The notes under the pieces are model-generated. The model ran no database searches and was not told the DNA's origin. It was given only the letters and a program-made list of their open reading frames with translations. A stretch of DNA of 61,442 nt, counting the filler, from Catajapyx aquilonaris (lineage: Eukaryota): assembly GCA_000934665.2 (NCBI GenBank). It is 4 parts of 4 records of this genome, joined end to end, with 100 filler letters (N's around TTAATTAATTAA, not from the genome) between each part and the next. Parts side by side here need not be neighbours in the genome. Positions count along the whole stretch, not along the records: positions 15,357 to 30,687 come from JYFJ02007557.1; positions 30,788 to 46,125 come from JYFJ02007558.1; 2 more parts are not named here. One strand, given 5' to 3'. Each line of letters starts with the position of its first letter. Positions within the stretch are counted from its first letter, which is position 1. A program made the translations under genes and the position numbers. Positions 25,248 through 37,100 of the stretch are shown here, in pieces.

Positions 25248-25462
25248 AGGTGAAGTGGGGTAAGTGCATACACGGGGTAAGTGCATACGCGGGGCCGCCA
25301 TATTAGAATGAAAATGGCTGACGACACCAAAACGCGGGGAATGTTATGTGCAGCTACACAAAAGAGTGCCTGACGCGTTTTGGTGTCGTCAGCCATTTTT
25401 ATTCCAATATGGCGGCCCCGTGTATGCACTTACCCCGTGTATGCACTTACCCCACTTCACCT
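25248..25462. mobile_element. Palindromic pogo-like MITE with TA TSD
   Basis: TA-AGGTGAAGTGGGGTAAGTGCATAC...GTATGCACTTACCCCACTTCACCT-TA; ~88-bp arms with doubled GGGGTAAGTGCATAC motif. Confidence 0.85.
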
Positions 25463-28400
25463 TAATCTCACAAACGCAGAAAACATTTGACATGCAGCAG
25501 ATTCAATGAATGTTGAAGAAAGATCAGTCTACTTTTCACTTGCATAGATGTCTTCACGTCTAATAAATTATCGATATTATGCAGGTTCACAGATGCCTGC
25601 AATCCTTACATCTCAATCATACAAAAAGTGCTCTGAAATGACACTAATGAAGATTGTCATTTCCAAAACAGGTCAAAGGCACTACTCAGATTATACCAGA
25701 GTAATGCAAGAGCATGAACAAAGATACAGAATTAGCAAACGCTTAAAAAGAGACGGTAATAAACGCATCTTGCAATTGCCATTAAATAAATGACATGTTA
25801 AAAGATTGTTGTGCTCATCGTGTCGCACCAACGCCATCAAAATTGAATGCATGTTGGTGCGAACAGTATGCAAATTTACCATAATTGAAAATAACTATTA
25901 GCTACATTAATAGCACCCGCGCTGATTAATCGACAACTAATATTATTAGGTTAACCATCAATTAATTAGAAGCAACTAACGAGAATGGGAGTCCAGTAAT
26001 AACAATCACGTGTATATCTGCTCAGCTAAAAGCTCCTTTTCAGTTTTATAAAAAGTACCGGTAATAATTATTCGCGGTAAATACGCGCATAAAATTGAAT
26101 GATGATACACAGTACAGTGCGAGTTATGGGCATGGCTGATAGTATAGTTTTATGAACATATTTTTGCCAAAAATGTTATCAGGGGTAAGTGACTGCAGCG
26201 TAATAAAGAGAAGTCAAAATCTACCATAGACGTTGTCCAGTATAATTGCATCTCTCTTAAAAGCGTCATCCGGATGAGGCGTCATCATTACAGAATGACG
26301 GCTAACAGCGCCGCCTGGAATAACCCACCGTCCAAAAAGAATTCCCATTTTGGGAATATCTGTCACTGAGGACATGCAGTGTGAAGCAAGATTCGTGGAG
26401 GCCGCCATAATGAGAACCACGCTATAGGCCACATCTGCTCGAGCTGGAGAACCACAAAATAATTATATGGAAAAAGATCTGACGCAAGCTGAAAAGTGGG
26501 CCCATATATACTTTAGGGGGGGGGGGGGAAACAGGAATTTTGGAAAAATAGGATGTCGCAAAAAATGACTTGAATTGGATGAATACTTTATATCCGTTCT
26601 TGCTGGAGAATTTCCTGCTGCCTTCAGCTTTTACGTTGTATTATTTAAACATTTACGTCTTCTAATTTGGAGGTATCACATTGCCAGACACTCCTTTTAC
26701 AGCATTTATACGCAGAGGAAGGTCCGTTACCCGCAGAATTTTTGTGAGATTTTCAAGGACAAAAATATGACTAGAACACTACATTAATATTTTTCTGCAC
26801 AGTTTCACTCTGTATGTCATTGTGTACAGAACACAATGTAGCAATTTGTGAGTTAATTCTCAATTATGCTTTACACTGTTGCTGAAACGAATATTTGCTA
26901 AATATAGCGTTATTGATTCAGGATATTCAATAACTTACAGTTGCAGTATACAGTTACCTCCTGGAAGGCTGCAAAATGAATGATTACGCTTAATGAAACC
27001 CTGCCACAATGTCCAAACCACATCACTTTCTATGTGATAATTCGTCACACCGTGACGCCATTAATTATAACTTGCAACGAACTAATGTAATTAGTTGTCA
27101 CACAGCAGTGACAGTCTAAATACGAATGTATTTTCACTGGGATGACCTAAACAGCAACATACTCAGAACCAGCTTGTACTTCAACGCCTGCATGTGATTT
27201 GCCATCATTCGAAATATTCTGGCCTCCCCCACACAAAAAATCGATGTCTGTACTTTAACAATGGTGACAGCCATCAAAACAAACGCGTCCGACTCTATCA
27301 GCCTGATGTCACGAGTGGTATGACAAAGTATTTCCGCCTTGATGTGTTTAGCCTCCGAAATTGCATTGCCTACAATGTGAAATCGTTCTCGTCCCACAGT
27401 TTGCCTGTGAGCCAAGCCCTGTTTACCTTTGACTGGATCGACATGTGTTTAACTCCGCGACATGAACGAAATTACCCCCAATCACAATAATGGAACATAT
27501 TACAGAAAAACACCGAGGCCAGAGAGCAAAAGCAGGAAAAAGCAACAGCGTTCCAGCTGAACATGCACATGTCCGCTCAGTGTGCACAGGGTGCTTCATA
27601 ACGATTCTGACAGTCTTCTAGCTCATGTTTGTTAATAAAATGAAAATAAAAATATTTGGCTCCATATTTTTGGCCCTATTCTGGTGACATATCACACCAG
27701 CTTCCCCACAGATTTCACACGTGATTGGAGACACTAATTCCTCTTTTGTCTCCTTCCTGGTCTCCATAAAATTTTATTAAAACTTTATTCCGGCCAGCAG
27801 GTCTCTGGAGTGGAAGTGCCCCTTCTTGCTCGACCAATAAGTTACGGTCTCATGGGATCATTCTTTTTTTTCTTCTTTCTTCTCCCTTTTCCATTTTCCC
27901 TCCTCTTTTTTTTATCTTGCCGACTAGCTTTGGAGGCTGGCAAATCGCTTAGAAACACCCCCTTCGGTGGATTCCCACCAGACGTAGATGGAAGAAGAGA
28001 ATCGAATGGAGCTTTCTGTGATTTTATACCAGGATGAAGAGAGGGGAAAGGGTCAGTCTTAAAAGCGGTGTAATTCTATCACGAGAAAAAAAAACCGTTA
28101 TAGCCTGGTGTCATAAAATTCCAAGTGTGGGGAAGGAGTAAAAAAAATGTTGGAGATAGGTTACGTCTAACTTACACCAGATTTGATTTAGTTCCTCTTG
28201 CTTTTAGGTATAAGGGTATCGAATGGATAGTTCTCCCTCCCACCCACCAGAGGCGCTGCCTCAACAGGGCAGTGCCATTTGCTGTGTTTTCAACCGCATT
28301 TCTAGTCACGTGTTAGAACCGCAGCCTGTACAATCTCCCACAGAGATGTAACAAGAAAAAAAGTAATGATGAATGAAAACCACCTGGGTCCATTTTGCTG

Positions 28401-30687
28401 GCAGCCAATTACCACTAGGTGCAATTTTCCGCAACCGCTGAAACCAAGTTGGCTCGAGATCCGAGTCCCACTGAGAGCAGCATTTTCTTCCCCTTTGGCT
28501 TCCAATCCGAGAGATGATACTCCAGTTGACAAAATAGGTCAGTTGTCCCCTCGGTACACCCCCTACCAAGAAGTCTTCCGGAAAAAAAAGAAGAGGTTGG
28601 GAATTACTCCCAGACTCTTTTTTCACTCCTGAAGAATATATATACACAGAGCCCACAGAGCTCACTTTCTTCAACTTGGCCTCTTCAGATTGGCTTCGTG
28701 ACCCCCAAAGCGGTCAAGTTAATCAGAAATCCAGATGGACTCGAGTTTCGCCTTTTTCTGCTCCAATATATGGTCTTCTCCTTCTGGGGATTCCTGAGCA
28801 GCGCTCTGAAGAAGGTTTACCATTCGAAAAGTACTGGGTTCGAATCCCGGAGCACACTTGCACTTATTGCACTTGATTTCTGTAAGTAGTGTTCATTCCT
28901 TGTTGGATCACCTTGTACCTTATATAGAGATGAAGTTTAGAAGTGGGAAGTTCTCTTTGCCAGTGGTAAAGGAACCTGGGCTGCTCTATTGTCTTCTAGT
29001 GCATTTGTTCCGAGAGCCCTTGTCCTGGGTCCTCAAACTTGGAGAACCATTTCCAAGCCCTTTCCCCCTCGATTTTTATTATATTTATTTCAAAGGAAGC
29101 CGTGAATGGCGTCATCCTCGTAAGTGACTTTTTCCCCCCCTTTTGTTATATCCAGTCAAAATTTCCCAACTTCATGCTTCTGTGAGGCAATAATGAGAAA
29201 ACTTGGGTTCCTGTTTTTTTGCTGGCAAAAATCATATATTGCACGCACTGCTCTGTAGAGTTATGCGGGATATTAGCTGAAGGTTTGGATCAAAATTAAC
29301 TAGTTTCAATATAGGCTAAGCGCTCGCTCTGTACACGTCACTCAACTAGGACCAGCGCTTTAATAGGCGCAGTTGGTATCGATCTATCGGGAAAGAGCTT
29401 GGAAATGTCATCGTATCTTCATGTCTTTTTTTTGGTTATCATGGCAAGCCCGGCAAAGCGGTTTAAGGTCATAAGCTGAGCAACCTGAGACTGGTTGTAT
29501 GGAATTTCCAGGATTATTAAATCCACTTTATGTCAAAGTTAGCGCAGGCCTCGGAAATGAAAATAGGCTGAATAAATTATGCAAGAGGATTAATATTAAT
29601 ATTGGTTGTTAGGATATTACTTTATCACATACCTTTGAATACATTATTAAACCAGTTCCTCTGAACTGCTTTGGAGTACAGTAATAATTAATAATAGAGT
29701 AACTTTGATAACTGTGGAAGTATGTTGAGTACCTTACAGTGATGCGACAGTATGCAGAGAGTACTTGAATGCTTTCTACTCTTTATTATTCATGCACCTG
29801 TAAGTATAGCTATATGAGGAACTTCAACTTGGTAAACAAGAACGGCAAAAACTTTTTACCGTATTAAGGAGTTTAAATTAGATTATGCATGGCCATAATA
29901 ATTATACCCTGTAATCTGGCCTTCAAGTGGCTTAGTCCTCATATGCCTGATCATCTACATTCCATAGAGAGTAATTTAATATCTCGGACACATGATGTGA
30001 AATTGTAATCTTCATGGCACGCGTGACATTTTATGGACTAAAGTCAATTATCAGATGCAAGATTTAAGTGGTGGAAAATCCTAATTTGTCTGTGCCCACG
30101 CAAACTGATAAACAGCAATGTTTTGCGAAACCAGATACCCAAATTACAGTAAGTTACGGTGCTCTTTGATCCTGCTGCGTCCCCTTTGTACGAGTGTATG
30201 CTGTAAATGCGAATAGGATACAAATGCGAGTGAAGACCACTCAGTTGAGAAAGTGCCGACAAAGGTGGTGCCACCGCTTTAAAAGTGTCTAACGAATGAA
30301 TCAATAGCCAGAAGTAAAGTTCAAAATTAACCACTTCACTGACTCTATACACTTTACATGCAGCCACAAAGAGCTCCCTACATTGTTTTAAACTAGGTCT
30401 CGTTGCTTCCAAACTTGAAATATCTCAACAAATTACATATCCTGTTATAAATATTTACTCGTATACGTGGATAAATAATTCTAAGAATTTAATTATTGAG
30501 GCTGCAGTAGGGTACTGCTTCAGGTGCAAATAATTTACGTACCGTACACGTTCAGTTATATTATTTTGAAATTAACGCGTGTTCTACGCTGTATATCTCT
30601 CCAACCACCGCACGTCACAGATTGCACAAGTTCATCGGAGCAGAATAATATTCACCTTGACTGCTCTCTGAACTCTGCTGCCAAACG

Positions 30688-30787
30688 NNNNNNNNNNNNN
30701 NNNNNNNNNNNNNNNNNNNNNNNNNNNNNNNTTAATTAATTAANNNNNNNNNNNNNNNNNNNNNNNNNNNNNNNNNNNNNNNNNNNN
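30688..30787. other. Artificial contig spacer (44N-TTAATTAATTAA-44N)
   Basis: Same 100-nt spacer as 15257-15356. Confidence 0.95.
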
Positions 30788-31549
30788 TGGACCGTTCCTT
30801 CCTCCAAGTTCCAGATTAAGGGGTACAATTTTCCATAATGGGTGGGATAGGGGGCCCCACCTCCACAGTATTCCTTCCTCCATGGTCCAACCGTGTCCAG
30901 CACAGTACAACGAATTATTTTACCACCCTGCCGGGGCGCGTTCTATAACATCATTTTTGCGTTCATTTCACTTCGTGTGACGTCAACGTTTTCGAGGGAA
31001 ACAGTGACGTCACCATTTCCCTACATAAAAACCCCAATTACTCCGGAACTGGAACTGATTTCTTAAAAACGGAATATGCCAAAAAAATCCAAAAAATATG
31101 GGCGAATTTATTATGTAGTTTCCAAAATGAAGGCTAGTTCCTCATTGGACATGCTGTTGGCTGAATCTATGTGGCCTTCCCTGGACTGGCCTGTCCGAGC
31201 TCTCCAGTTCCTGGCTATAGAGAGGTTGCCATAGGAGAAATTCACTTGCAGGTGGAGAGAATATCGAACCATGGATATGTTAGGCTCAAATGCCTAAAAT
31301 GGCCAATGGGCGGGGAAAAAACGTCCACACTGCGGAATGCTCTTTTCAAACCATCCATTCCGCGGAGTAGTCCTTTTCAAAACTGCCAGACCTTGATATG
31401 CTCTTTTTAAGCAGTGGGGAGCATTAGGTGCCTATGCCTGGATCCTAAACCTTTATTCATGTGTGGCACTGGCATCATCATGTCGACATGCTGCCATGGT
31501 CCAATGCAAGGGAAAATGTAGTTTGCTACCTTGCTTCTACACATCTCTC

Positions 31550-31828
31550 ACCGAAGCAGTGGTGGCGGAGGGGATATGGTATTCGACTGCTAATCGGGAG
31601 GTCCTGGGTTCGAATCCCGGTGCCGGCAACTCTAACCGTGGTTTTCTGTGGTTTCCTACGGTTCCTCCAGGAGAATTCCGGAGTTGTTTCCTAAACTAAT
31701 AGGCCACAGCCGCCTCCTTCTCCTATCCTATCCCAAAAAGCGCCGTAAAAACGAAATGAAGAGTTCCAGTCAAAAAAATCCCCCCTAAAGAGCCGCCGGC
31801 TGATAACGGGGTATGAATTATTAATTAT
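31550..31828 (+). mobile_element. tRNA-derived SINE with 12-bp TSD
   Basis: A box TGGTGGCGGAGGGG, B box GGTTCGAATCCC, body GGTTTTCTGTGGTTTCC...AGGCCACAGCCGCCTCCTT, AT-rich tail; TACACATCTCTC at 31538-31549 and 31829-31840. Confidence 0.88.
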
Positions 31829-32811
31829 TACACATCTCTCCCCCATCAATCACCCCTAACCCCAAATCTTCACCCACATCAAGTAAATTGAAGCGGAGAT
31901 CTTTCCCAGGGAGGTGTCATTTGCATGACCTCATCTGCATGACCTCATCTGCCCCCTCCCCCAATCACCCCAAACACCATCACCTGTGCACTCGTCTAGT
32001 TTATGTAGGCAACCATATGTTGATTATAGTGGTCACCATTCCCTGTGATGACACTGACAGGGCCCCTGCAGGAGGAAGCCTAACCAACAACTTGTGTATA
32101 CCAAACAGATATGATTGGGACAATAATTTTGAGGGCTCATAGTACATGTAGCTTACCATACAGCCAAAACAACAAGGCATACTTGCAACAAACTTGCAAG
32201 ATTGGTTACTGTGTTCAAGGAAAGTTCATTCATTGAGTGATGTAATGTATGTTAGCAATAGGTACAGATTTGTGGCTGATAATTTCCACAGCCTGTGCTA
32301 GCACTAGCTGACAAGTACCTTCTCAGTTCCATATTGATAGGATTGTGAAATGGCTGAAGGCAAATATAAAACAAACACTCCATCACAACCTACTACACCA
32401 TCATAGCCTTTGTGTATTTATTTGTGAAGCCAACAAATTTGCCAGACCGTGCATACATACACACCATTGCAGCATAATTATGCAAGGCATATTTGGTAAT
32501 TCAGGCACCTGAGTTTCCTAAATTAGGGAGCCTGTTTTGGAGTTCAGCAATTCAAGTCCTACATCTTGGTGACTCTGTGTCCTTGTCCCACTCCTGATTT
32601 CCCTTAGTGTGCTCCCAGTTGCACTAAGTTACCTAAATTGGCTGAAAACTGGACTGTTCAGCAGTTCAGCTCACAGGGCAGGGCTGTAATTACTCAGGTA
32701 TCACATGGCTTAACTAAGATTTTTTAGAATTGCCAAATTTGCAGCCTACTATGAGTACACGTACTATGTACTGTATAAGGCAAAGTCTTAAAGAGATGGT
32801 CACTGCACTAA

Positions 32812-33688
32812 CAAGGTAACATGGCGACGTGAGAATAACAGATTTGGCAAAAAATCGCTCGGTGGGTAAATTACATGCATAGAATTCACTGGTGAAGGCA
32901 AAAAGACCCACTTCGCAGCCATTTTCTAGAGATGAGTGACAACAGATCCAGCGTGCTCAATGCTGTTTAGAGCAGCCGCCTCGTAATCCGCCTGTCCTGC
33001 TTGCTATTTTTTTTTGCTCCTTCCCCTCCCCTAGCCTAGCTGTATCTCTCAAAAAAATGGAGATGATTTTGCATTGATTCCAAATGCAAAATCGTCTCCA
33101 TCTTTTTGAGTGGTAAAAGTATGTGAGGGAGGTAGACTATTGTTTGTGCCCGTCTTGTGCAAGTTTTAGTCACAATATTAACTGACGACATGCACACACA
33201 CAAATAGAACTTTTTACATTGGTGAGGATCAAGCTATCACTATATATTTTTTAAAAAATTTCCTGCTTTCCACTTTATGCAGTTTTTCATATTCAGGGGA
33301 AGGTACAAGCCTTCAGGTAGACTAATTTGTGTTAGTCCGTAAGAGGGCAAATCATTGACGAGAAAAACATGTCATGTAGCAAAAAGGGATCCAGTATTTA
33401 TTGCCATCTCTTATGTTGAGATAATTGCAGTAATTGTTAGGGCTGCACAGTGGTGTAGTGGTTAGAGCCAAAGCCTTCCACCTCTAAGGTCCTGAGTTCG
33501 ATCCAAGGATCGGACAGAGGATGCTTATGTGGATAGAGTTCCGATGGGTTCTCTCTGCGTGGATTTTCTCGGGGTTCTCCGGTTTCCTCCCACTATCGAA
33601 ATCCATCACAGCAAAGGCAATGATTATGGTCTGTCAATTAAAAAGATGATCCCCCTAAATAGCCCAATGAGGCTTATCATGGGGTATC

Positions 33689-33765
<77 letters not shown>

Positions 33766-34086
33766 TGCAGTAATTAGATTAAAACATGTGCCAAAGGACA
33801 CTGAAATTCATCAGTATGTGCAGCCAAAAACAAAAGTAGGTTAATAACTTGACTAGAAAAAGAAAGGAGAGGATGGAGCAAAAAAAAAAAAAAGAGCATT
33901 GGTCTGGTGGATTACGAGGCGGCTGCTCTAAACAGCATTGAGCGCGCCCAATCTGTCATCACTCATATCTCGAAAATGGTTGCGAAGTGAGTCTTTTTGC
34001 TCTCACCAGTGAATTCTACTCATGTGATTTACCCACTGAGCAATTTTTGGCCAAATCCGTTATTCTCATGTCGCGATGTTCTTGTG
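32812..34086. mobile_element. TIR element (CAAGG terminus, ~175-bp TIRs, TAA TSD) with a SINE nested inside
   Basis: 32812-32987 is the reverse complement of ~33911-34086; TAA at 32809-32811 and 34087-34089; right terminus slightly degenerate. Confidence 0.8.
33436..33760 (+). mobile_element. tRNA-derived SINE with V-domain-like core, (TTG)n(ATA)n tail, 15-bp TSD
   Basis: A box TGGTGTAGTGG, B box GAGTTCGATCC, core GCGTGGATTTTCTCGGGGTTCTCCGGTTTCCTCCCAC; ATAATTGCAGTAATT at 33421-33435 and 33761-33775. Confidence 0.88.
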
Positions 34087-34143
34087 TAAGTTGAGCAAAT
34101 ACATATTGTGTTATTCATCTCTCATGGAACATCTATTCTGCAG

Positions 34144-37100
34144 GGTCTGAGAGAAGAGGTGGAGGAAAGCAAGCTTAAGGAGAGGGACGCACGTAAGGAA
34201 AGAGATGGAGAGGCCCTGTCTCTTCCTCAAACCGAGAGAGAGATAGAAAGAGAGGAGAAAGCACTTCAGCAGCTTCAAAGGGAGAAGAAAGAGACAGTCT
34301 ATAAGTTAATGGACCTGAGAAATGCACAGGAGGAGACCAATCTACACACTGTGTCTGTCTTGGAGGAAGAATTGGAAACAGTCCTTAAGAAGATTCAATC
34401 ATATGAAGATAAAAAGCATGAACTGTCCCAGATCATAGCTGCCATTGATGAAGAGCTAAGCAATTTAGACAAAATCATCCAAGACTACAATCAGGAGAGG
34501 AAGAGACTTCAGAAGCATAGTTCTCTCCTCCAGGTACTGTGACATGCCATATTTACTCTTGTGGCGTTCACTGGGCAACTAATGGCCCAAAAGTCTGGAC
34601 ACATAGTTTGTCCAGCGAAAGGATGCCATGACATCACTTGCTCTAGCAATTTCCGTCAGAATGAGTATCCAGGCAATCTGCGAGTCATTGATTGTTAGAG
34701 GGAGTGATGTCATATGGCATTCTTTTGCTGGAAAAATTATAGGTAATTGTATTGTATTGTTGGTTGACAACTGGCAACCTGGCAACCAACATCACAATAC
34801 AATTACCTATGTGTGCAGATGCTTAGGTCACCCTGTAGATGAGCTCTAATGTATAAAGGACCTGTTCAAGTAGCCCCGCTACCTAAACGGCAACCATCTT
34901 GCGCATCTTGTAGTGTATAATCTATGCACCTAGTTTTACGCTAAAGGCCGCTGGGTTCACCACTGACTGTATCTTTGATGTGGTAGGGGTTGCTACCTAG
35001 CGGCCTTGGTAGGATTCAAAACATGTTGTCACGTGGTGAACTGTTTTATTAGTTGATTTAGAGGCACGAAAACTCGTGTGGTTTTTACCCCATAAAAATG
35101 TTGTAAGAATATTCGCGTGAGACAAATGCCGCCTCAGGGAACCGATATGCGAAATGCAAGCCCCATCGAGATATCACGCGTTAGCCCAATCGCGTATCTC
35201 TCCCTCTCTCCCTCTCCTCTCTCTCTCACTCTCCCCTAAAAGAGAGAGAGGAGCGAGGGGCGGATTCAGGATGGCGCTCGTTGGCAAAGCAAGGGCGAAC
35301 TCTTTCTCCAAACTGATGAAGGTCACCCTTTAGAAGCATTCTTCCATTGAATGACATATATTAGAGTGGCTGGAGAGCAACATTTTGATCCGACTCCCCT
35401 GCGTTGCCAAGTTTCAGTGATCTGCTCCAATCTAATTGACACGAATCATTGAGCCATGTGGGTGGCCTTTCTTTGCCAGGATAACTTTGAACAGGTCCTT
35501 TGAAACTGAAGGTTCATAACCTCAGGCATATATTTAGTCTGGGTGCTAAGGGGTTGAACGTTGCATTTTATGACGAAAGTATGAAACTCGGTAGGCTACA
35601 CTTGTTCTTTGGACACTTCTGATCATATCTGGACATGGAGCCACGATGACCCACCCTGGAGGAGGTCACTTTCGAAGGGTTGCCATAACTACCAGGTGCA
35701 GCATCCTTTAGGACGTCGTATTCAGTGACAAAAACATGAAACTCGCCACAATTGGTCTTTGGACACTTCTGAACATGTCTGGATGTGGGGCCATGATGGG
35801 TGGGTCACTTGCAGGGTTGCCAGATCTAATGGACCCAATATACCTCTCTGCGTAGACCATGTGAATTGGGCACTTGCATTCGGTGATAAAAATGTGAAGC
35901 ATGGTACAATAGTTGTTGAACACATCTCAACATATCTGGACATGGGGCCACGGTGGGTGACCCCTGGTGGCCCCGGCAGGGGTCACTATCGCGGAGTTTC
36001 CAAATCGAACATGTGCTGCATCCCTTTACATGAATAAGGGCCTTAAAACATGAAACTCACCCCAATTGGTCTTTGGACACTACTGAACATGTCTGGAAGT
36101 GAGACCACTATGGATGACCCCACTGGGGTCACTCGCAGGGTTGCCAGATCTAATGGGCCCAATTCATAAACTAAGTGAATAGGGACCTTGGATTCGGTGA
36201 CAAAGACGTGAAACTCGGTACAATAGTGTTTTGCGCTCTTCCGAACATATCTGGACGTGGGGCCACAAGATCCACCCCGATGGAGGGCACTCTCGCTGGG
36301 TTGCCATATCTTAACAGAATGTGCAACATAGTGCAACATAGTGATAGTGCCCTCCATCGGGGTGGGTCATTGTGGCCCCACGTCCAGATATGTTCGAAAG
36401 TGTTCAAAGAACAGTTGTACAGAGTTTCACGTCTTTGTCACCAAATGCAAGTTCCCTATTCAAACACAAACGCATGTTGCACATTCTGTTAGATATTGCA
36501 ACCCCACTAGAGTGCCCTCCATTGGAGTGGGTCATCATGGTCCCACGTCCAGATATGTTCGGAAGTGCACAAAGAACTAGTGTACCGAGTTTCACGTCTT
36601 TGTCACCAAATGCAAGTCCCCTATTCAAATATAAACGCATGTTGTACAGTTTGTTAGATATGGCAACACCATGATAGTGCCCTCCATCGGGGTGGGTCAT
36701 CGTGCCCCCACATCCAGATATGTTCAGAAGTGTGCAAAGAACTATATTGTACCGAGTTTCAAGTCTTTATCACCGAATGCAAGCTCCCTATTCACATGGT
36801 TTATGTAGAGAGCCCATTAGATCTGGCAACCCTGCGTGTGACCCAAAGCAGGGTCAGTCATCATGGCCCCACATCCAGACATGTTCAGAAGTGTCCAAAG
36901 AGCAATAATTATTGTGGCAAGTTTCATGTTTTTGTCACCGAATACGAGGTCCTCAAAGGATGCTGCATCTGGTAGTTATGGCAATCCTGCGAAATGGACC
37001 TCCACTGGGGTGGGTAATCGTGGTCCCACGTCCAGATATGATCAGAAGTGTCTAAAGAACAAGTGTACCGAGTTTCATATTTTTGTCACAAAATGCCAAG

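Noticed and set aside
28800..28855. Hammerhead ribozyme (CTGAAGA...GAAA) or tRNA next to a GGTTCGAATCCC box
   Set aside because: Stem II does not pair, no valid NUH site, no cloverleaf; probably a decayed SINE head
15361..30739. Short ORFs throughout contig 2
   Set aside because: No recognisable domains or coherent exon chain; lengths expected by chance
31550..31630. tRNA genes at 31550, 33440, 39190 and 1777
   Set aside because: A/B boxes present but stems broken; most have SINE bodies, tails or TSDs
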